Shown: positions 38,907 through 48,905 of the stretch, one piece after another
Layout: each line of letters starts with the position of its first letter
How positions within the stretch are numbered: the first letter of the stretch is position 1
NCBI GenBank assembly: GCA_026004535.1
Contig: BPJI01000001.1
Coordinates: forward strand, 324,523-388,522
Length of the DNA: 64,000 nucleotides
Direction: 5' to 3'
Source of the DNA: Candidatus Parcubacteria bacterium
GTDB lineage: Bacteria > Patescibacteriota > Minisyncoccia > UBA6257 > HR35
Made by a program: the position numbers and the translations under genes
The notes under the pieces: model-generated
Told to the model about the DNA's origin: nothing
Seen by the model: only the letters and a program-made list of their open reading frames with translations
Databases searched by the model: none

Positions 38907-39527
38907 TTATAAATAAATTTTTCTGATTTCTTTGATTAAAAAATTTTTTATTGTACTTAAATCAACTCTTTTTGAAGGCATAAAATCTATAGGTTCTTCT
39001 TCTATTTCTGAAAAATCAAGGAGTTCTTTAAAAATAAAGTTAATATCAACATCAGAAATTTTTTTATTAAATAAATTAACAATTTGTTTTAATTTTACTT
39101 TTTTTAAACCATAATAAAGATCAACATAATCTTTAAACTCAATTCTTTCAGTAACTACCAAAAGTTTCATACAGAGAATATCTTCTAAACTAGCAATGTT
39201 TAAAAATTTTGTTTTAATTAATGGTTTAATTAAAGGGTACTTGTAAAATAAAAAATTAACATTAACTTCATTATCGAAAACCAAAAATAAAGAACTTTTA
39301 TCAGATAATGATTTAATAACTTTATGGTTTTTAGCTAAAGATAATATCTTTTCAAATAAATTTCTTTCATCAAATTTTTTTTCAGAAAAAAAATCAAAAT
39401 CATAGCTTTTTCGATGGCCTAAAATTAAAGAAAGTCCGGTACCGCCAGCTAGATAAAAATCTTTCTTTAAAAAAGAAAATAAAGGCAATAATTTCTTCCT
39501 TTTTTTATCTAAAACTTTTTCAAACAT
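38907..39527 (-). CDS. AbiEii/AbiGii-family nucleotidyltransferase toxin
   Basis: FYLAGGTGL.L.LGHR.S.DFDFF, K....R...KDYVDLY. Confidence 0.9.
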   Translation of the reverse strand: MFEKVLDKKRKKLLPLFSFLKKDFYLAGGTGLSLILGHRKSYDFDFFSEKKFDERNLFEKILSLAKNHKVIKSLSDKSSLFLVFDNEVNVNFLFYKYPLIKPLIKTKFLNIASLEDILCMKLLVVTERIEFKDYVDLYYGLKKVKLKQIVNLFNKKISDVDINFIFKELLDFSEIEEEPIDFMPSKRVDLSTIKNFLIKEIRKIYL

Positions 39528-39768
39528 TAAAAATGACCTTCCAAAATTGATAAGACTTCCTCTGCCAATTTTTAAAATTATTATTTTTTAAAAAATTTTT
39601 AATTTCTTTTTTTGGGTAAACTGAAAAAAGCCAGTCAGTTGCTTTTTTAGTGCCGAAATTTAAAATATTAAAAATTATCTTTTCTTTATTTTTATTTAAA
39701 TCAAGTTTGTTTAAATTATAGTACCAAAGGAATGGTTTTAAAAAATCTGGAAATTTTTGTTTTCTCAT
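39520..39768 (-). CDS. small partner of AbiEii (DUF6922-like antitoxin)
   Basis: P.FL.PFLW.Y...LD....II..ILNFG...WL..Y; start moved to ATG 39768. Confidence 0.75.
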   Translation of the reverse strand: MRKQKFPDFLKPFLWYYNLNKLDLNKNKEKIIFNILNFGTKKATDWLFSVYPKKEIKNFLKNNNFKNWQRKSYQFWKVIFNV

Positions 39769-39785
39769 TATATAATGATTATACA

Positions 39786-40919
39786 ATGAAATTAAAAATA
39801 TTTTTCTTTTCAATAAGTTTGATTCTTTTTTTAGGATTAGTTAAATTTTTTGTTTCCTTGCCGAGAACATATGTGTTTAGTTATCAAAATTTAGGATCAA
39901 AACTAAGTATAGGATTTTCAAAATCTAATTTAGTTCAACCGAAAATTTGCGAAAAAAGAGTTTGGGAAATAAATTTATCCAAGAATCAAATCTATTTTTT
40001 TGAAAATTGTAAATTAAAAACAATAATTTCTATTGCTTATCAATCGCCCTCTGGAGTATGGTATCAAACGCCAACTGGTTATTTTCGAGTTGGGATTAAA
40101 AAAGAAAAACATATTTCTTCTTTGTTACCTGTCTATATGAATTATGCTGTTCAAATGTATGAGGATTTTTTTATTCATGAAATTCCTTATTATTTAGATG
40201 GTCAAAGAGTTGATAGTGATTTTACTGGTGGCTGTATCAGGCTAGAGTCAGAACAGGCTAAAAAATTTTTCGAGATGGCTCGAGCTGGCGATTTAATTAT
40301 TTCTTATTTAGATCTGGATAATATTAAAGTTAAAGATAATTTTGTTTTTCCTGTTAATAAAAATGAGTTTTATTTAAGACAAAGATTTAATAGTCCTTTA
40401 AGAACTGCTTGGTATTCTTTAAAAGATAGAAGAATTGATTATATTCAGCATGCTGGGATTGATTTAGCACCCAATCCCGAAGCTAAAGATTTAAATGTTT
40501 ATAATATTTATGATGGTAAAATTGTTAAAATAGTTAAAAATGGGGAAAATGATCATGGTTTAGGCAATACTGTGATTATTGAACACCCTGATTTAAAAAT
40601 TTATTCTCTTTATGCTCATCTTGAATCAATAAATTCCGAGTTAAAAGAAGATAAGTATGTTCAAAAAGGAAAAATAATTGGTAAAGTTGGGGCAACTGCT
40701 TATGGCTGCAATTGGTGGCACATTGGCGAAGACGGTTGTGATAAAAAAGGGAAATTAGATATTCATCTACATTTTGAGATTAAAACAAAACCTGTTTTAG
40801 AGAGCCCAATTGGAGCAAGGTGTTTAATTAATGGCGAATATAAAACTTGTTATGGTTATGTTCCTGATAATCCAGAAAAATTTGGTTATTTAGACCCAAT
40901 TAAGTTTTTGAGTGAATAA
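39786..40919 (+). CDS. L,D-transpeptidase-like plus M23 peptidase fusion
   Basis: TPTG.F...IHE.P...TGGCIRL, then HAGIDL...GNTVIIEH..YAHL...HLHFEI. Confidence 0.85.
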   Translation: MKLKIFFFSISLILFLGLVKFFVSLPRTYVFSYQNLGSKLSIGFSKSNLVQPKICEKRVWEINLSKNQIYFFENCKLKTIISIAYQSPSGVWYQTPTGYFRVGIKKEKHISSLLPVYMNYAVQMYEDFFIHEIPYYLDGQRVDSDFTGGCIRLESEQAKKFFEMARAGDLIISYLDLDNIKVKDNFVFPVNKNEFYLRQRFNSPLRTAWYSLKDRRIDYIQHAGIDLAPNPEAKDLNVYNIYDGKIVKIVKNGENDHGLGNTVIIEHPDLKIYSLYAHLESINSELKEDKYVQKGKIIGKVGATAYGCNWWHIGEDGCDKKGKLDIHLHFEIKTKPVLESPIGARCLINGEYKTCYGYVPDNPEKFGYLDPIKFLSE

Positions 40920-40985
40920 ATTGTGTTATAATTTAGACTATGAAGCTATGAAGCTGCGAAGCTTTGAAGCTGAAAAGCTTAATAT

Positions 40986-41058
40986 GCCCCCGTAGCTCAA
41001 TGGGTAGAGCAGGGGCCTCTTAAGCCCAAGGTTGCAGGTTCGACTCCTGCCGGGGGCA
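40986..41058 (+). tRNA. tRNA-Lys(CTT)
   Basis: GCCCCCG/CGGGGGC stem, loop CTCTTAA, GGTTCGACTCC. Confidence 0.95.
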
Positions 41059-41063
41059 AATTG

Positions 41064-41112
41064 TCAGGGATTAGGGATTAGGAAGTTAGGGATCAGTTAT
41101 CAGGGATTAGGA
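41064..41112. repeat. (T)TAGGGA / TCAGGGA heptad array
   Basis: tcagggattagggattaggaagttagggatcagttatcagggattagg; related arrays at 9198-9240, 14160-14200, 55180-55232, 57110-57132. Confidence 0.75.
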
Positions 41113-41124
41113 AAAAAGAAGAAG

Positions 41125-41556
41125 ATGTATAAAATAGATGCTAAAAAATCTTTATTTGTTTTGATTAAAAATAGTTTGGGGACAAAATTATTTAAGTCAG
41201 TTTATTTTTTTATTGATAAAAAATCTGTGGATATTTATAAAAAAGGGAAATTAAGCTGCGCTTTTTATGTAAGTACAATTTTAAAGATTATTGGTTTAGT
41301 CAAAGATATTCATGCTACGGTTCAGGGATTGATTAGAGATTTAGAGGAGTCAGGCTGGTATAAAATTGATAAACTTAAAAAAGGTGCTATAATTATTTGG
41401 GATAAAGAAAAAAGCGGACATTTACATGTTGGTTTTTACTTAGGCAATAATAAGGCAGCCAGTAATTCATCTTCTAAAAGAATGCCAATTGTTCATTCGC
41501 TGCATTACCAAGGCAGAAAGATTTTAGCTGTTTATTTTCATAATTCATTAGAATAA
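41125..41556 (+). CDS. hypothetical protein (NlpC/P60-like Cys-His)
   Basis: LSCAFYVS...GAIIIW...HVGFYLG; start moved to ATG 41125. Confidence 0.6.
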   Translation: MYKIDAKKSLFVLIKNSLGTKLFKSVYFFIDKKSVDIYKKGKLSCAFYVSTILKIIGLVKDIHATVQGLIRDLEESGWYKIDKLKKGAIIIWDKEKSGHLHVGFYLGNNKAASNSSSKRMPIVHSLHYQGRKILAVYFHNSLE

Positions 41557-41558
41557 AA

Positions 41559-43319
41559 ATGCCAAAATATATTTTTGTTTGCGGAGGGGTAATGTCAGGA
41601 GTAGGTAAGGGAATCGCTACTGCTTCGATTGCTAAAATTCTATCTTGGCATGGTTATAAAGTAACCTGTCTTAAGATTGATCCTTATGTCAATGTTGATG
41701 CTGGAACGATGAATCCTTTAGAACATGGTGAAGTTTTTGTTTTGAAAGATGGGACTGAATGTGATCAAGATATGGGACATTATGAAAGATTTTTAAATCA
41801 AGAATTGACAAAAGTAAATTATATGACAACCGGAAGTATTTACTTATCATTAATTCAAAAAGAAAGAAGTTTGTTTTTTGATGGAAAGTGTGTTGAAGTT
41901 GTGCCTCATGTTCCCTTAGAAGTTATTGGCAAAATTAATCAAGCGCAAAAATTGACTCAGGCTGAAATTGTGATTACTGAAATTGGTGGTACAGTAGGTG
42001 AATATCAAAATTTACTCTTTCTAGAAGCAGTAAGAATTTTAAAACTTAAAAATCCAAAAGATGTTCTTTTGGTGTTAGTAAGTTATTTGCCTTATCAAGG
42101 AGAAGGAATGGAACTTAAAACAAAACCAACTCAATATTCTATTCGTACACTTAATTCTGCTGGTCTTCAGCCTGATTTTGTTTTAGCCAGAGCTCAATTT
42201 CCTTTAGATGAAAAAAGAAAAGAAAAAATTTCTTTTAATTGCGGAGTACTAAAAGAAAATATAATTTCTGCTCCTGACGAGCATGTTGTTTATAAAATTC
42301 CTTTGAATTTTGAAAAAGAAAAATTGGGCATAAAAATTTTAAATAATTTTGGTTTGAAGCCTAAAAAAGCTCCACCAGATAGTGATTATAAAAAATGGAA
42401 AAATCAAATTGAAAATATTAATCAATTGAAAAAACAAGTAAATATTGGTATTGTAGGTAAATATTTTAAGACTGGAGATTTTGTTTTAGCTGATGCTTAT
42501 ATTTCAGTTATTGAAGCAATTAAACATGCAAGTTGGTTTTTGGGTTATCGGCCAAAAATTGTTTGGTTAAATTCAGAAGAATATGAAAAAGATAAAATAA
42601 AATTAGAGGAATTGAAAAATTATGATGGTATTATTATTCCTGGTGGTTTTGGCTCTCGAGGTATTGAAGGAAAAATTTTAGCGATTAAATATTGTCGGGA
42701 AAATAAAATTCCTTTGTTTGGTTTATGTTATGGTCTTCAACTTATGATTGTTGAATTTGCTAGGAACGTCTGTGGTTTAAAGAATGCTCAGACAACCGAG
42801 GTAAATCCTAGAACAAAATATCCGGTTATTGATATTTTGAAAGAACAAAAGAAATTATTAGAAGAAAAACTTTATGGAGGAACAATGAGATTAGGAGATT
42901 GGGAATGTGAAATAAAAAGAGGTACGATTGCTTGGAGAGCTTATGTAGAACTACGCAGAACTGACACAGAACTTAGCAGAACTGATACAGAACTAGGCAG
43001 AAGATATCAAAAAAATATTTCTGTTAGTTCTGCATTGAGTCAGTTTGTTCCACGCGTCTTAAAAGTTGTAGAAAGACATAGACATCGTTATGAAGTTAAT
43101 CCTAAATATCATAAAATTTTACAAAAGAAAGGTTTTGTTTTTTCGGGTACATCGCAAAAGGATTTATTAGTTGAAATCGGGGAATTGCCACAAAACATTC
43201 ATCCTTTCTTTTTGGGAACCCAATTTCATCCAGAATTGAAATCAAGATTTTTACATCCTCATCCATTATTTGTTGAGTTTATTAAACAGAGTATAATTAG
43301 TAAAAATGAGTATTTATGA
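41559..43319 (+). CDS. pyrG: CTP synthase
   Basis: GGVMSGVGKG, KIDPY.NVD.GTM.P.EHGEVF, GLCYG.Q, ERHRHRYE, QFHPE. Confidence 0.97.
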   Translation: MPKYIFVCGGVMSGVGKGIATASIAKILSWHGYKVTCLKIDPYVNVDAGTMNPLEHGEVFVLKDGTECDQDMGHYERFLNQELTKVNYMTTGSIYLSLIQKERSLFFDGKCVEVVPHVPLEVIGKINQAQKLTQAEIVITEIGGTVGEYQNLLFLEAVRILKLKNPKDVLLVLVSYLPYQGEGMELKTKPTQYSIRTLNSAGLQPDFVLARAQFPLDEKRKEKISFNCGVLKENIISAPDEHVVYKIPLNFEKEKLGIKILNNFGLKPKKAPPDSDYKKWKNQIENINQLKKQVNIGIVGKYFKTGDFVLADAYISVIEAIKHASWFLGYRPKIVWLNSEEYEKDKIKLEELKNYDGIIIPGGFGSRGIEGKILAIKYCRENKIPLFGLCYGLQLMIVEFARNVCGLKNAQTTEVNPRTKYPVIDILKEQKKLLEEKLYGGTMRLGDWECEIKRGTIAWRAYVELRRTDTELSRTDTELGRRYQKNISVSSALSQFVPRVLKVVERHRHRYEVNPKYHKILQKKGFVFSGTSQKDLLVEIGELPQNIHPFFLGTQFHPELKSRFLHPHPLFVEFIKQSIISKNEYL

Positions 43320-43440
43320 AAGAGATTATTATAAAGAAAGAGATAAAAAAATTGAAAAGAAAAGTAAATCTAATTATTTTGTTTGGGCCTTAATTATTAT
43401 TCTAATTTTAAGTATAATATTGAGTTCGTTAAGATTTTAA
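43306..43440 (+). CDS. small membrane protein (44 aa)
   Basis: [15 protein letters not shown]...[21 protein letters not shown]; its TAA overlaps the dcd ATG. Confidence 0.6.
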   Translation: MSIYERDYYKERDKKIEKKSKSNYFVWALIIILILSIILSSLRF

Positions 43441-44006
43441 TGGCTGGGATAAAAAACGATGAGTGGATAAAATATATGGCGAGAAAGCATAAAATGATTG
43501 ATCCTTTTGTTGAAAAGCTGGTTAGTAAAGGAAAGGTTTCTTATGGCCTGTCGAGTTATGGTTATGATATGAGAGTTGCTGACGAGTTTTATATTTTTCA
43601 CAATGCCTATCCAACTGAAATTATTGATCCTAAAAATGCTAAAGAAAATTATTTTATCAAACATAAAGGAAAATTTTGTATCATTCCTCCGAATTCTTTT
43701 GCTTTAGCTCGCTCTTTAGAATATTTTCGCATTCCCAGGAATGTCTTAGCCCTTGTTTTAGGTAAATCAACTTATGCTCGTTGCGGAATTATTGTTAATG
43801 TTACACCTGGAGAACCGATGTGGGAAGGTTATTTCACGATAGAAATTTCCAACACAACACCATTGCCAGCAAAAATTTATGCTAATGAAGGAATTGCTCA
43901 AGTTATCTTTTTAGAAGCTGATGAACCTTGTAAAATTTCTTATGCTGATCGTAAGGGCAAATATCAAGGACAAAAAGGAATTGTTTTGCCAAAAATTGAT
44001 AAATGA
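43440..44006 (+). CDS. dcd: dCTP deaminase
   Basis: [41 protein letters not shown]. Confidence 0.95.
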   Translation: MAGIKNDEWIKYMARKHKMIDPFVEKLVSKGKVSYGLSSYGYDMRVADEFYIFHNAYPTEIIDPKNAKENYFIKHKGKFCIIPPNSFALARSLEYFRIPRNVLALVLGKSTYARCGIIVNVTPGEPMWEGYFTIEISNTTPLPAKIYANEGIAQVIFLEADEPCKISYADRKGKYQGQKGIVLPKIDK

Positions 44007-44419
44007 TTATTGAAAAATTAAATCAAAATCAATTTTTATTAAGAATTGAACCAAATGAAGAATTATTTAGTTCTTTATTAAATTTTGCTAAAAAATATAA
44101 AATCAAGTCAGGATTTTTTTATGGAATTGGTGCAAGTAAAAAGTGTTCAATTGAAAGATATAATGAAAAGAAAAAAGATTATGATTGTTTTGAAGTCAAA
44201 AAGCAAATGGAAATCGGAGGTTTGATTGGTAATTTAACTTTAAAAGAAAATCATCTCTATTTACATATTCATGCAACTTTAGGTGATAAAAATCTAAAAG
44301 CAATTTCAGGCCATTTGAAAGAACTTATAGTTTTTCCAACTTGTGAAATAATGTTTTTTGCTTTTAAACAAAGTATTAAAAGAGAATTTAATGAACTTAC
44401 GAATTTATTTTTGATATAA
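44003..44419 (+). CDS. PPC/DUF296 domain protein
   Basis: LR.EP.EE, GIGA, E..GL.GN, HIHATLG..SGHL. Confidence 0.88.
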   Translation: MIIEKLNQNQFLLRIEPNEELFSSLLNFAKKYKIKSGFFYGIGASKKCSIERYNEKKKDYDCFEVKKQMEIGGLIGNLTLKENHLYLHIHATLGDKNLKAISGHLKELIVFPTCEIMFFAFKQSIKREFNELTNLFLI

Positions 44420-44430
44420 TAATTTAATTT

Positions 44431-44865
44431 ATGTTTAGGGCAATTGACGAAAAGATAATTAAATTTTTAAAGAAGGTTTGGCAGCCACTTGCACGTGTTT
44501 CTATTTTTATTGTTTTCTTTTATTTTGGTTTTTTGAAAGTTTTAGGTTTTAGCCCAGCAACACCTTTAGTTGAAGCTTTATTTCAAGAAACTTTAAATTT
44601 CTTTCCTTTTAGCTATTTTATTATTTTCTTTGGTTTATTTGAAATGCTTATTGGTTTAACTTTTATTATTCCTCGTTTAGAAAGATTAGCAATTTTTTTA
44701 TTAATACTTCATATGATAACAACCTTTTTACCTTTAATTTTACTCCCTCAAATAACTTGGCAAAAATTTTTAGTTCCAACTTTAGAGGGTCAATATATTA
44801 TTAAAAATTTAGTTATAATTTCTTTGGCTTTTGTTATTGGCGCTCATTTAAGAAAATTTGAATGA
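44431..44865 (+). CDS. DoxX-like membrane protein
   Basis: FG.LK..G.SPA..LV, PTLEGQYIIKN. Confidence 0.75.
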   Translation: MFRAIDEKIIKFLKKVWQPLARVSIFIVFFYFGFLKVLGFSPATPLVEALFQETLNFFPFSYFIIFFGLFEMLIGLTFIIPRLERLAIFLLILHMITTFLPLILLPQITWQKFLVPTLEGQYIIKNLVIISLAFVIGAHLRKFE

Positions 44866-45744
44866 ATGTATTTATTAGGAGATGTAGGAGGTACAAAAAC
44901 AAGATTGGCAATTATTGATAAAATCTATATAAATTCAAAGCAAGTTTATAGACATCTTAAACAAAATACAAAAATTTTTAACACTCCTCAAAAATATGAA
45001 GATTTTTTAGAATTAATTAAAAATTATATTCTGCGTAGTTCAGCGTCAGTTCTGCGTAGTTCTGCATTAAAAATTTGTTTTGGATTTGCTGGTCTTTTCG
45101 ATCAAAAGAAAGAAAAATTAATTTACTCTCCAAATTTAAAAGATTATGTTGGCAGAAATTTAAAAAAAGATTTAGAAAAGATTTTACATCCGCGTTTATC
45201 CGTGGTACTCGAGAATGATGCTGCTTTAGCTGGTTTAGGAGAAGCATATTATGGAGCAGGAAAGAATTTTAATGTTTTTGGTTATATTACTTTAAGCACA
45301 GGAGTTGGAGGAGCTAAAATTGTTAATAAAAAAATTGATGATAATGTTTTTGGTTTTGAGCCAGGACATTTATTTATTTTAATTCAAAGTAAGACATACG
45401 ATGTCTTACCATTTGAAGTTGAAGAGATTGTTGGTGGTAAAAGTTTAGAAAGAATTTTTAATAAAAAACCGGAAGAAATAAAAGATAAAAAATTATGGGA
45501 TGATCTGAGTAAAATTTTAGCAATATTTTTAGTGAATGTTTCAATTTTTTGGTCTGTTGATAAAATTATTTTAGGTGGTGGATTAACGAAAAGTTTAAAT
45601 TTTAAAAAATTAAATTTTTATATTAATGAATTTAATCCCTTACCAGTTAAAATTAAAGTGATAAAATCAAAATTAGAAGAATTTTCAGGATTATACGGAG
45701 GATTGAGTTATTTAAGAAATACGGGGCATAGCGCAATTGGTTAG
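44866..45744 (+). CDS. ROK family kinase
   Basis: DVGGTKTR, ENDA.LAGLGE, STGVGG, EPGH. Confidence 0.9.
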   Translation: MYLLGDVGGTKTRLAIIDKIYINSKQVYRHLKQNTKIFNTPQKYEDFLELIKNYILRSSASVLRSSALKICFGFAGLFDQKKEKLIYSPNLKDYVGRNLKKDLEKILHPRLSVVLENDAALAGLGEAYYGAGKNFNVFGYITLSTGVGGAKIVNKKIDDNVFGFEPGHLFILIQSKTYDVLPFEVEEIVGGKSLERIFNKKPEEIKDKKLWDDLSKILAIFLVNVSIFWSVDKIILGGGLTKSLNFKKLNFYINEFNPLPVKIKVIKSKLEEFSGLYGGLSYLRNTGHSAIG

Positions 45745-45769
45745 CGCACTGGCTTCGGGTGCCAGAGGT
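45722..45769 (+). pseudogene. 5' two-thirds of a tRNA-Pro(CGG)
   Basis: CGGGGCATAGCGCAATTGGTTAGCGCA CTGGC TTCGGGT GCCAG AGGT; T-arm and 3' acceptor strand absent. Confidence 0.8.
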
Positions 45770-45774
45770 ATTTT

Positions 45775-45846
45775 CGGGATGTAGCGCAGTGGTAGCGCAC
45801 CAGTTTCGGGTACTGGAGGTCGCGGGTTCAAATCCCGCCATCCCGA
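45775..45846 (+). tRNA. tRNA-Pro(CGG)
   Basis: CGGGATG/CATCCCG stem, CCAGT-TTCGGGT-ACTGG, GGTTCAAATCC. Confidence 0.95.
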
Positions 45847-45898
45847 AATAAACAATAATTAAAACGAAAAATAGGGATGCAATTATTTGCAGCCCTCC

Positions 45899-45992
45899 TT
45901 TGAACCCAGCAGACAATTAGTAAGAAGCATTAACGAAAACGCAAAAACAAAGTTAAAACAAGGGGTTTATATATTAGCTTTTTCGAGATCCC
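45899..45992 (+). repeat. degenerate third tRNA-associated element
   Basis: TTTGAACCC...ACAA.TTA...AAGCA.TTAACG...AGGGG...TTTTCGAG, colinear with 2515-2620. Confidence 0.55.
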
Positions 45993-46021
45993 TGTCTACT
46001 TGCAGTCAGTCACTATCTCAA

Positions 46022-46585
46022 ATGAAAAAACTTATTATTTTTGAGGGGATAGATGGGAGTGGAAAGACGACTCAGGCAAGGTATTTTGCTAAAAAATTAA
46101 AAGCAGTTTATTTATTTGAACCAAAATTTTTTCGTCAGCAAATTTTTTCTTCAATTCAGCCTCTGACAGAGCTTTTTCTTTTTTTAGCTGATCGAAGCGA
46201 AGTTTATGGGCAAATAAAAAATTTTTTATTAAAGAAAAATGTGATTCTAGATCGTTCCTTTCCATCAACTTTAGCCTATCAATTAGAGGGAAGAAATTTA
46301 AAAAAATTAATTTCAATCAATGATTATTTAAAAATTGATTTACTGGCTAGACAGAGCATTCAGCCAGATATAGTAATTATTTTTGATTTGCCAGTAAAGG
46401 TTGCTTTATCAAGACTGAAAAAGAAAACTAAATTTGAAAAATTAAAATTTTTAGAAAAAGTAAGAAAAGCTTATTTAAAATTAGCTAAAAAGTTCGACTG
46501 GTATGTTATTGATGCTAATCAAAGCAGAGAAGAAATTAAATCTCAAATTTTTTTAATTTTACAAACAGAGGGTCTTTTAAAATAA
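46022..46585 (+). CDS. tmk: thymidylate kinase
   Basis: IIFEGIDGSGKTTQ, LFLADR, DRSFPSTLAYQ; start moved to ATG 46022. Confidence 0.93.
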   Translation: MKKLIIFEGIDGSGKTTQARYFAKKLKAVYLFEPKFFRQQIFSSIQPLTELFLFLADRSEVYGQIKNFLLKKNVILDRSFPSTLAYQLEGRNLKKLISINDYLKIDLLARQSIQPDIVIIFDLPVKVALSRLKKKTKFEKLKFLEKVRKAYLKLAKKFDWYVIDANQSREEIKSQIFLILQTEGLLK

Positions 46586-47975
46586 ACAGGAAGAGAAAAT
46601 AAAACAAAGCGCCAATAATTACTTTCAAAATTAAATGAACTGGCAAAATATAAATTAAAATCATCATTAAGATCGTGCTTAAGAGATAATTAGAAATTTT
46701 TACTTCTTTTAAAGAAATTGGTGCATATTTTTTTAAAATCAAATAAGCAAAAATTAAAGAAAGAAGAGAAGAAATTGAGGTAATAGCACTAGAAGCAAAA
46801 TAAGAAAATTGAGGCACAAAGATTAAATTTAAAATAAAGTTTAAAACTAAAACAACAAAATCATAAATCAACAATTCTTTTCTTTTGTCTAAAGCAATTA
46901 AAGCATCAACTAAAATTAAAAGAAGGAAATTAAAAGGAATGGCAAAACTAACTAATTGAAGACCAGGATAAGCATCTATATATTTTGAGCCAAAAATAAA
47001 AGCAATTATATCTTTAGCTAAAACGAGAAGACCTCCCAAAATTGGTAAAGAAATAAATAAAGCTAATTGAAAACCAAAAGCAATTGTTTGTTGAAATTCT
47101 TGACTATTTTTTTTAGATAAAATTGGAAAGACAGCCATTGCCAAAGCAGCAGGAAAGAAATATAAAAATTCAATTAATTTCACAACTGAAGAATATAAAC
47201 CAACATCTTTAGCCGGATGAAACCAGCCAACAATTAAACTATCTAAATAAGTAATAATTAAAAATAAAAAATTAGCAATACCAATCGGCCAGCTTTTGTT
47301 TAAAAGATCAAAAACAATTTTTGTTTGAAAAAATTTTAAATAATTAAAAACAATTTCTTTTTTAAGTAAAAAGAAAGTAAAAATAAAACCAATAAAAGAT
47401 GCTAAAAAATAAGCTTGAGCTAAAGAGTAGGGAAGAGGGTTAAGTTTTAAAAGCAAAATTCCAAAAAAGAGAAGAAGAAAATTGGTAAGTAAATGGGAAA
47501 AGGCCTGAAGCTCCATTTTTTCTTTAGCCCTAAATAATGAATAAAGAAATTCTCTTAACGTATCAAAAATAAGAAAAATGCTTAGAATAGAAATTAGAGT
47601 TTGTGCCAAAGGGTCTTTGATAAAGAAAGATTTAGATAAATTAATAATTATTAAAGAAAGAAAAAGTAAAATAAAAACAACTAAAAAAGCATTAGCTAAA
47701 ATTTCTTTCTTTTTTCCTTGATTTTTAATGATTTCTCTAATTAAAACAGCGGTTAGACCAAAATCAGGAATAAAGGAAAAAATTAAAATAAAATTCATTG
47801 CTAAGGAAAAACTTCCTTGAAGTGATGGTCCTAAAATGCGAAAAGCATAAATAATCAAAATTGCTCTTAATAAACTACCACCAAATCTTGCTAAAGCAAT
47901 CCAAAATGAATTTTTAACAATTCTTTGTTCTTCGGAAAAATTTCTTAACAAGTATTGAAAAATTTTTTTAATCAT
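46536..47975 (-). CDS. Wzx-like polysaccharide flippase
   Basis: KNSFW, DFGL...IRE, D..IVG...VGLYS; many TM helices. Confidence 0.88.
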   Translation of the reverse strand: MIKKIFQYLLRNFSEEQRIVKNSFWIALARFGGSLLRAILIIYAFRILGPSLQGSFSLAMNFILIFSFIPDFGLTAVLIREIIKNQGKKKEILANAFLVVFILLFLSLIIINLSKSFFIKDPLAQTLISILSIFLIFDTLREFLYSLFRAKEKMELQAFSHLLTNFLLLFFGILLLKLNPLPYSLAQAYFLASFIGFIFTFFLLKKEIVFNYLKFFQTKIVFDLLNKSWPIGIANFLFLIITYLDSLIVGWFHPAKDVGLYSSVVKLIEFLYFFPAALAMAVFPILSKKNSQEFQQTIAFGFQLALFISLPILGGLLVLAKDIIAFIFGSKYIDAYPGLQLVSFAIPFNFLLLILVDALIALDKRKELLIYDFVVLVLNFILNLIFVPQFSYFASSAITSISSLLSLIFAYLILKKYAPISLKEVKISNYLLSTILMMILIYILPVHLILKVIIGALFYFLFLFILKDPLFVKLKKFEI

Positions 47976-47989
47976 TTATAATTTGATTA

Positions 47990-48372
47990 ACGCAGACAGC
48001 AACAGAAAAAATATTTTCTGCCCGGATATTAACCGGATAAGTTACCCGGATTCTTACCGGATATACTACCCGGATTCTTACCGGATAATATTTCATTATT
48101 TTACCCGGATATTAACCGGATGATAGCTACCCGGATTTAGACCGGATATACTACCCAGCTATAAACCGGATGATTTATAAAATATTTTTTATCCGGTATT
48201 CATATCCGGGTAAAATAATCCGGGTGGCTATCCGGGTAATCTATTCCGGTAAGTTATCCGGGTAAAACAATCCGGTATTTATCCGGGTAATCCATCCGGT
48301 TGACTATCCGGTTAATATTTTAATATCCGGTAATCATCCGGGTAAATAAATATCCGGTTGATTATCCGGGTT
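47990..48372. repeat. mirror-symmetric ACC(C)GGAT array C
   Basis: Begins AACGCAGACAGCAACAGAAAAAATATTT; forward units to about 48172, inverted units after. Confidence 0.92.
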
Positions 48373-48380
48373 AAAGATAT

Positions 48381-48905
48381 ATGACCAACATCCTTTTACA
48401 ATATTATCAAAAATATCCATTTATTTTTAATTATTTTGATTTTCTGCGTGATTTATTATTAGCTTTCCAATTAATTTTAATATTTAGTTTTATCTTTGCT
48501 TCAAAAAAATGGAAATATATTTTTTATTATTTGTCTATTTTTTTATTTGCTTTTTTAGTCGCAACATTTTTTAAATCTTATTTTCCTTCACTAAGACCAA
48601 TTTCTTATTTTTGCGAAACTCAAAATTTAATCTGTGATGGTCTGCGTTATGATAGTTTTCCTTCTCGACATACGTTGATTTCTTTTGCTTCATCATTAAC
48701 GTTGATTTTTCAAAATTTCAAGCTCGGTATTTTTTCTTTAGCTTTAACAATATTGATTGCTATTTTGAGTTTGCTCTCTCTTCGGCATTGGTTAATTGAC
48801 GTAATTTTTGGTTTTATTTTTGGTTTTATTGTCTTTTGGATTTTGTTTAAACTTTCAAAGTTTTTTAATTGGTTTGATGTTAATCAAAGACAAAGCAAAG
48901 CCTAA
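48381..48905 (+). CDS. PAP2-family phosphatase
   Basis: K......RP, SFPSRH, HW..DV..G. Confidence 0.85.
   Translation: MTNILLQYYQKYPFIFNYFDFLRDLLLAFQLILIFSFIFASKKWKYIFYYLSIFLFAFLVATFFKSYFPSLRPISYFCETQNLICDGLRYDSFPSRHTLISFASSLTLIFQNFKLGIFSLALTILIAILSLLSLRHWLIDVIFGFIFGFIVFWILFKLSKFFNWFDVNQRQSKA

Noticed and set aside
41064-41112. Telomeric TTAGGG repeats or eukaryotic contamination
   Set aside because: Period is 7 and degenerate, embedded among bacterial genes; part of the heptad array family
45850-46020. tmRNA or an N-terminal extension of tmk
   Set aside because: No tmRNA acceptor ends or tag frame recognised; Tmk homology starts at ATG 46022
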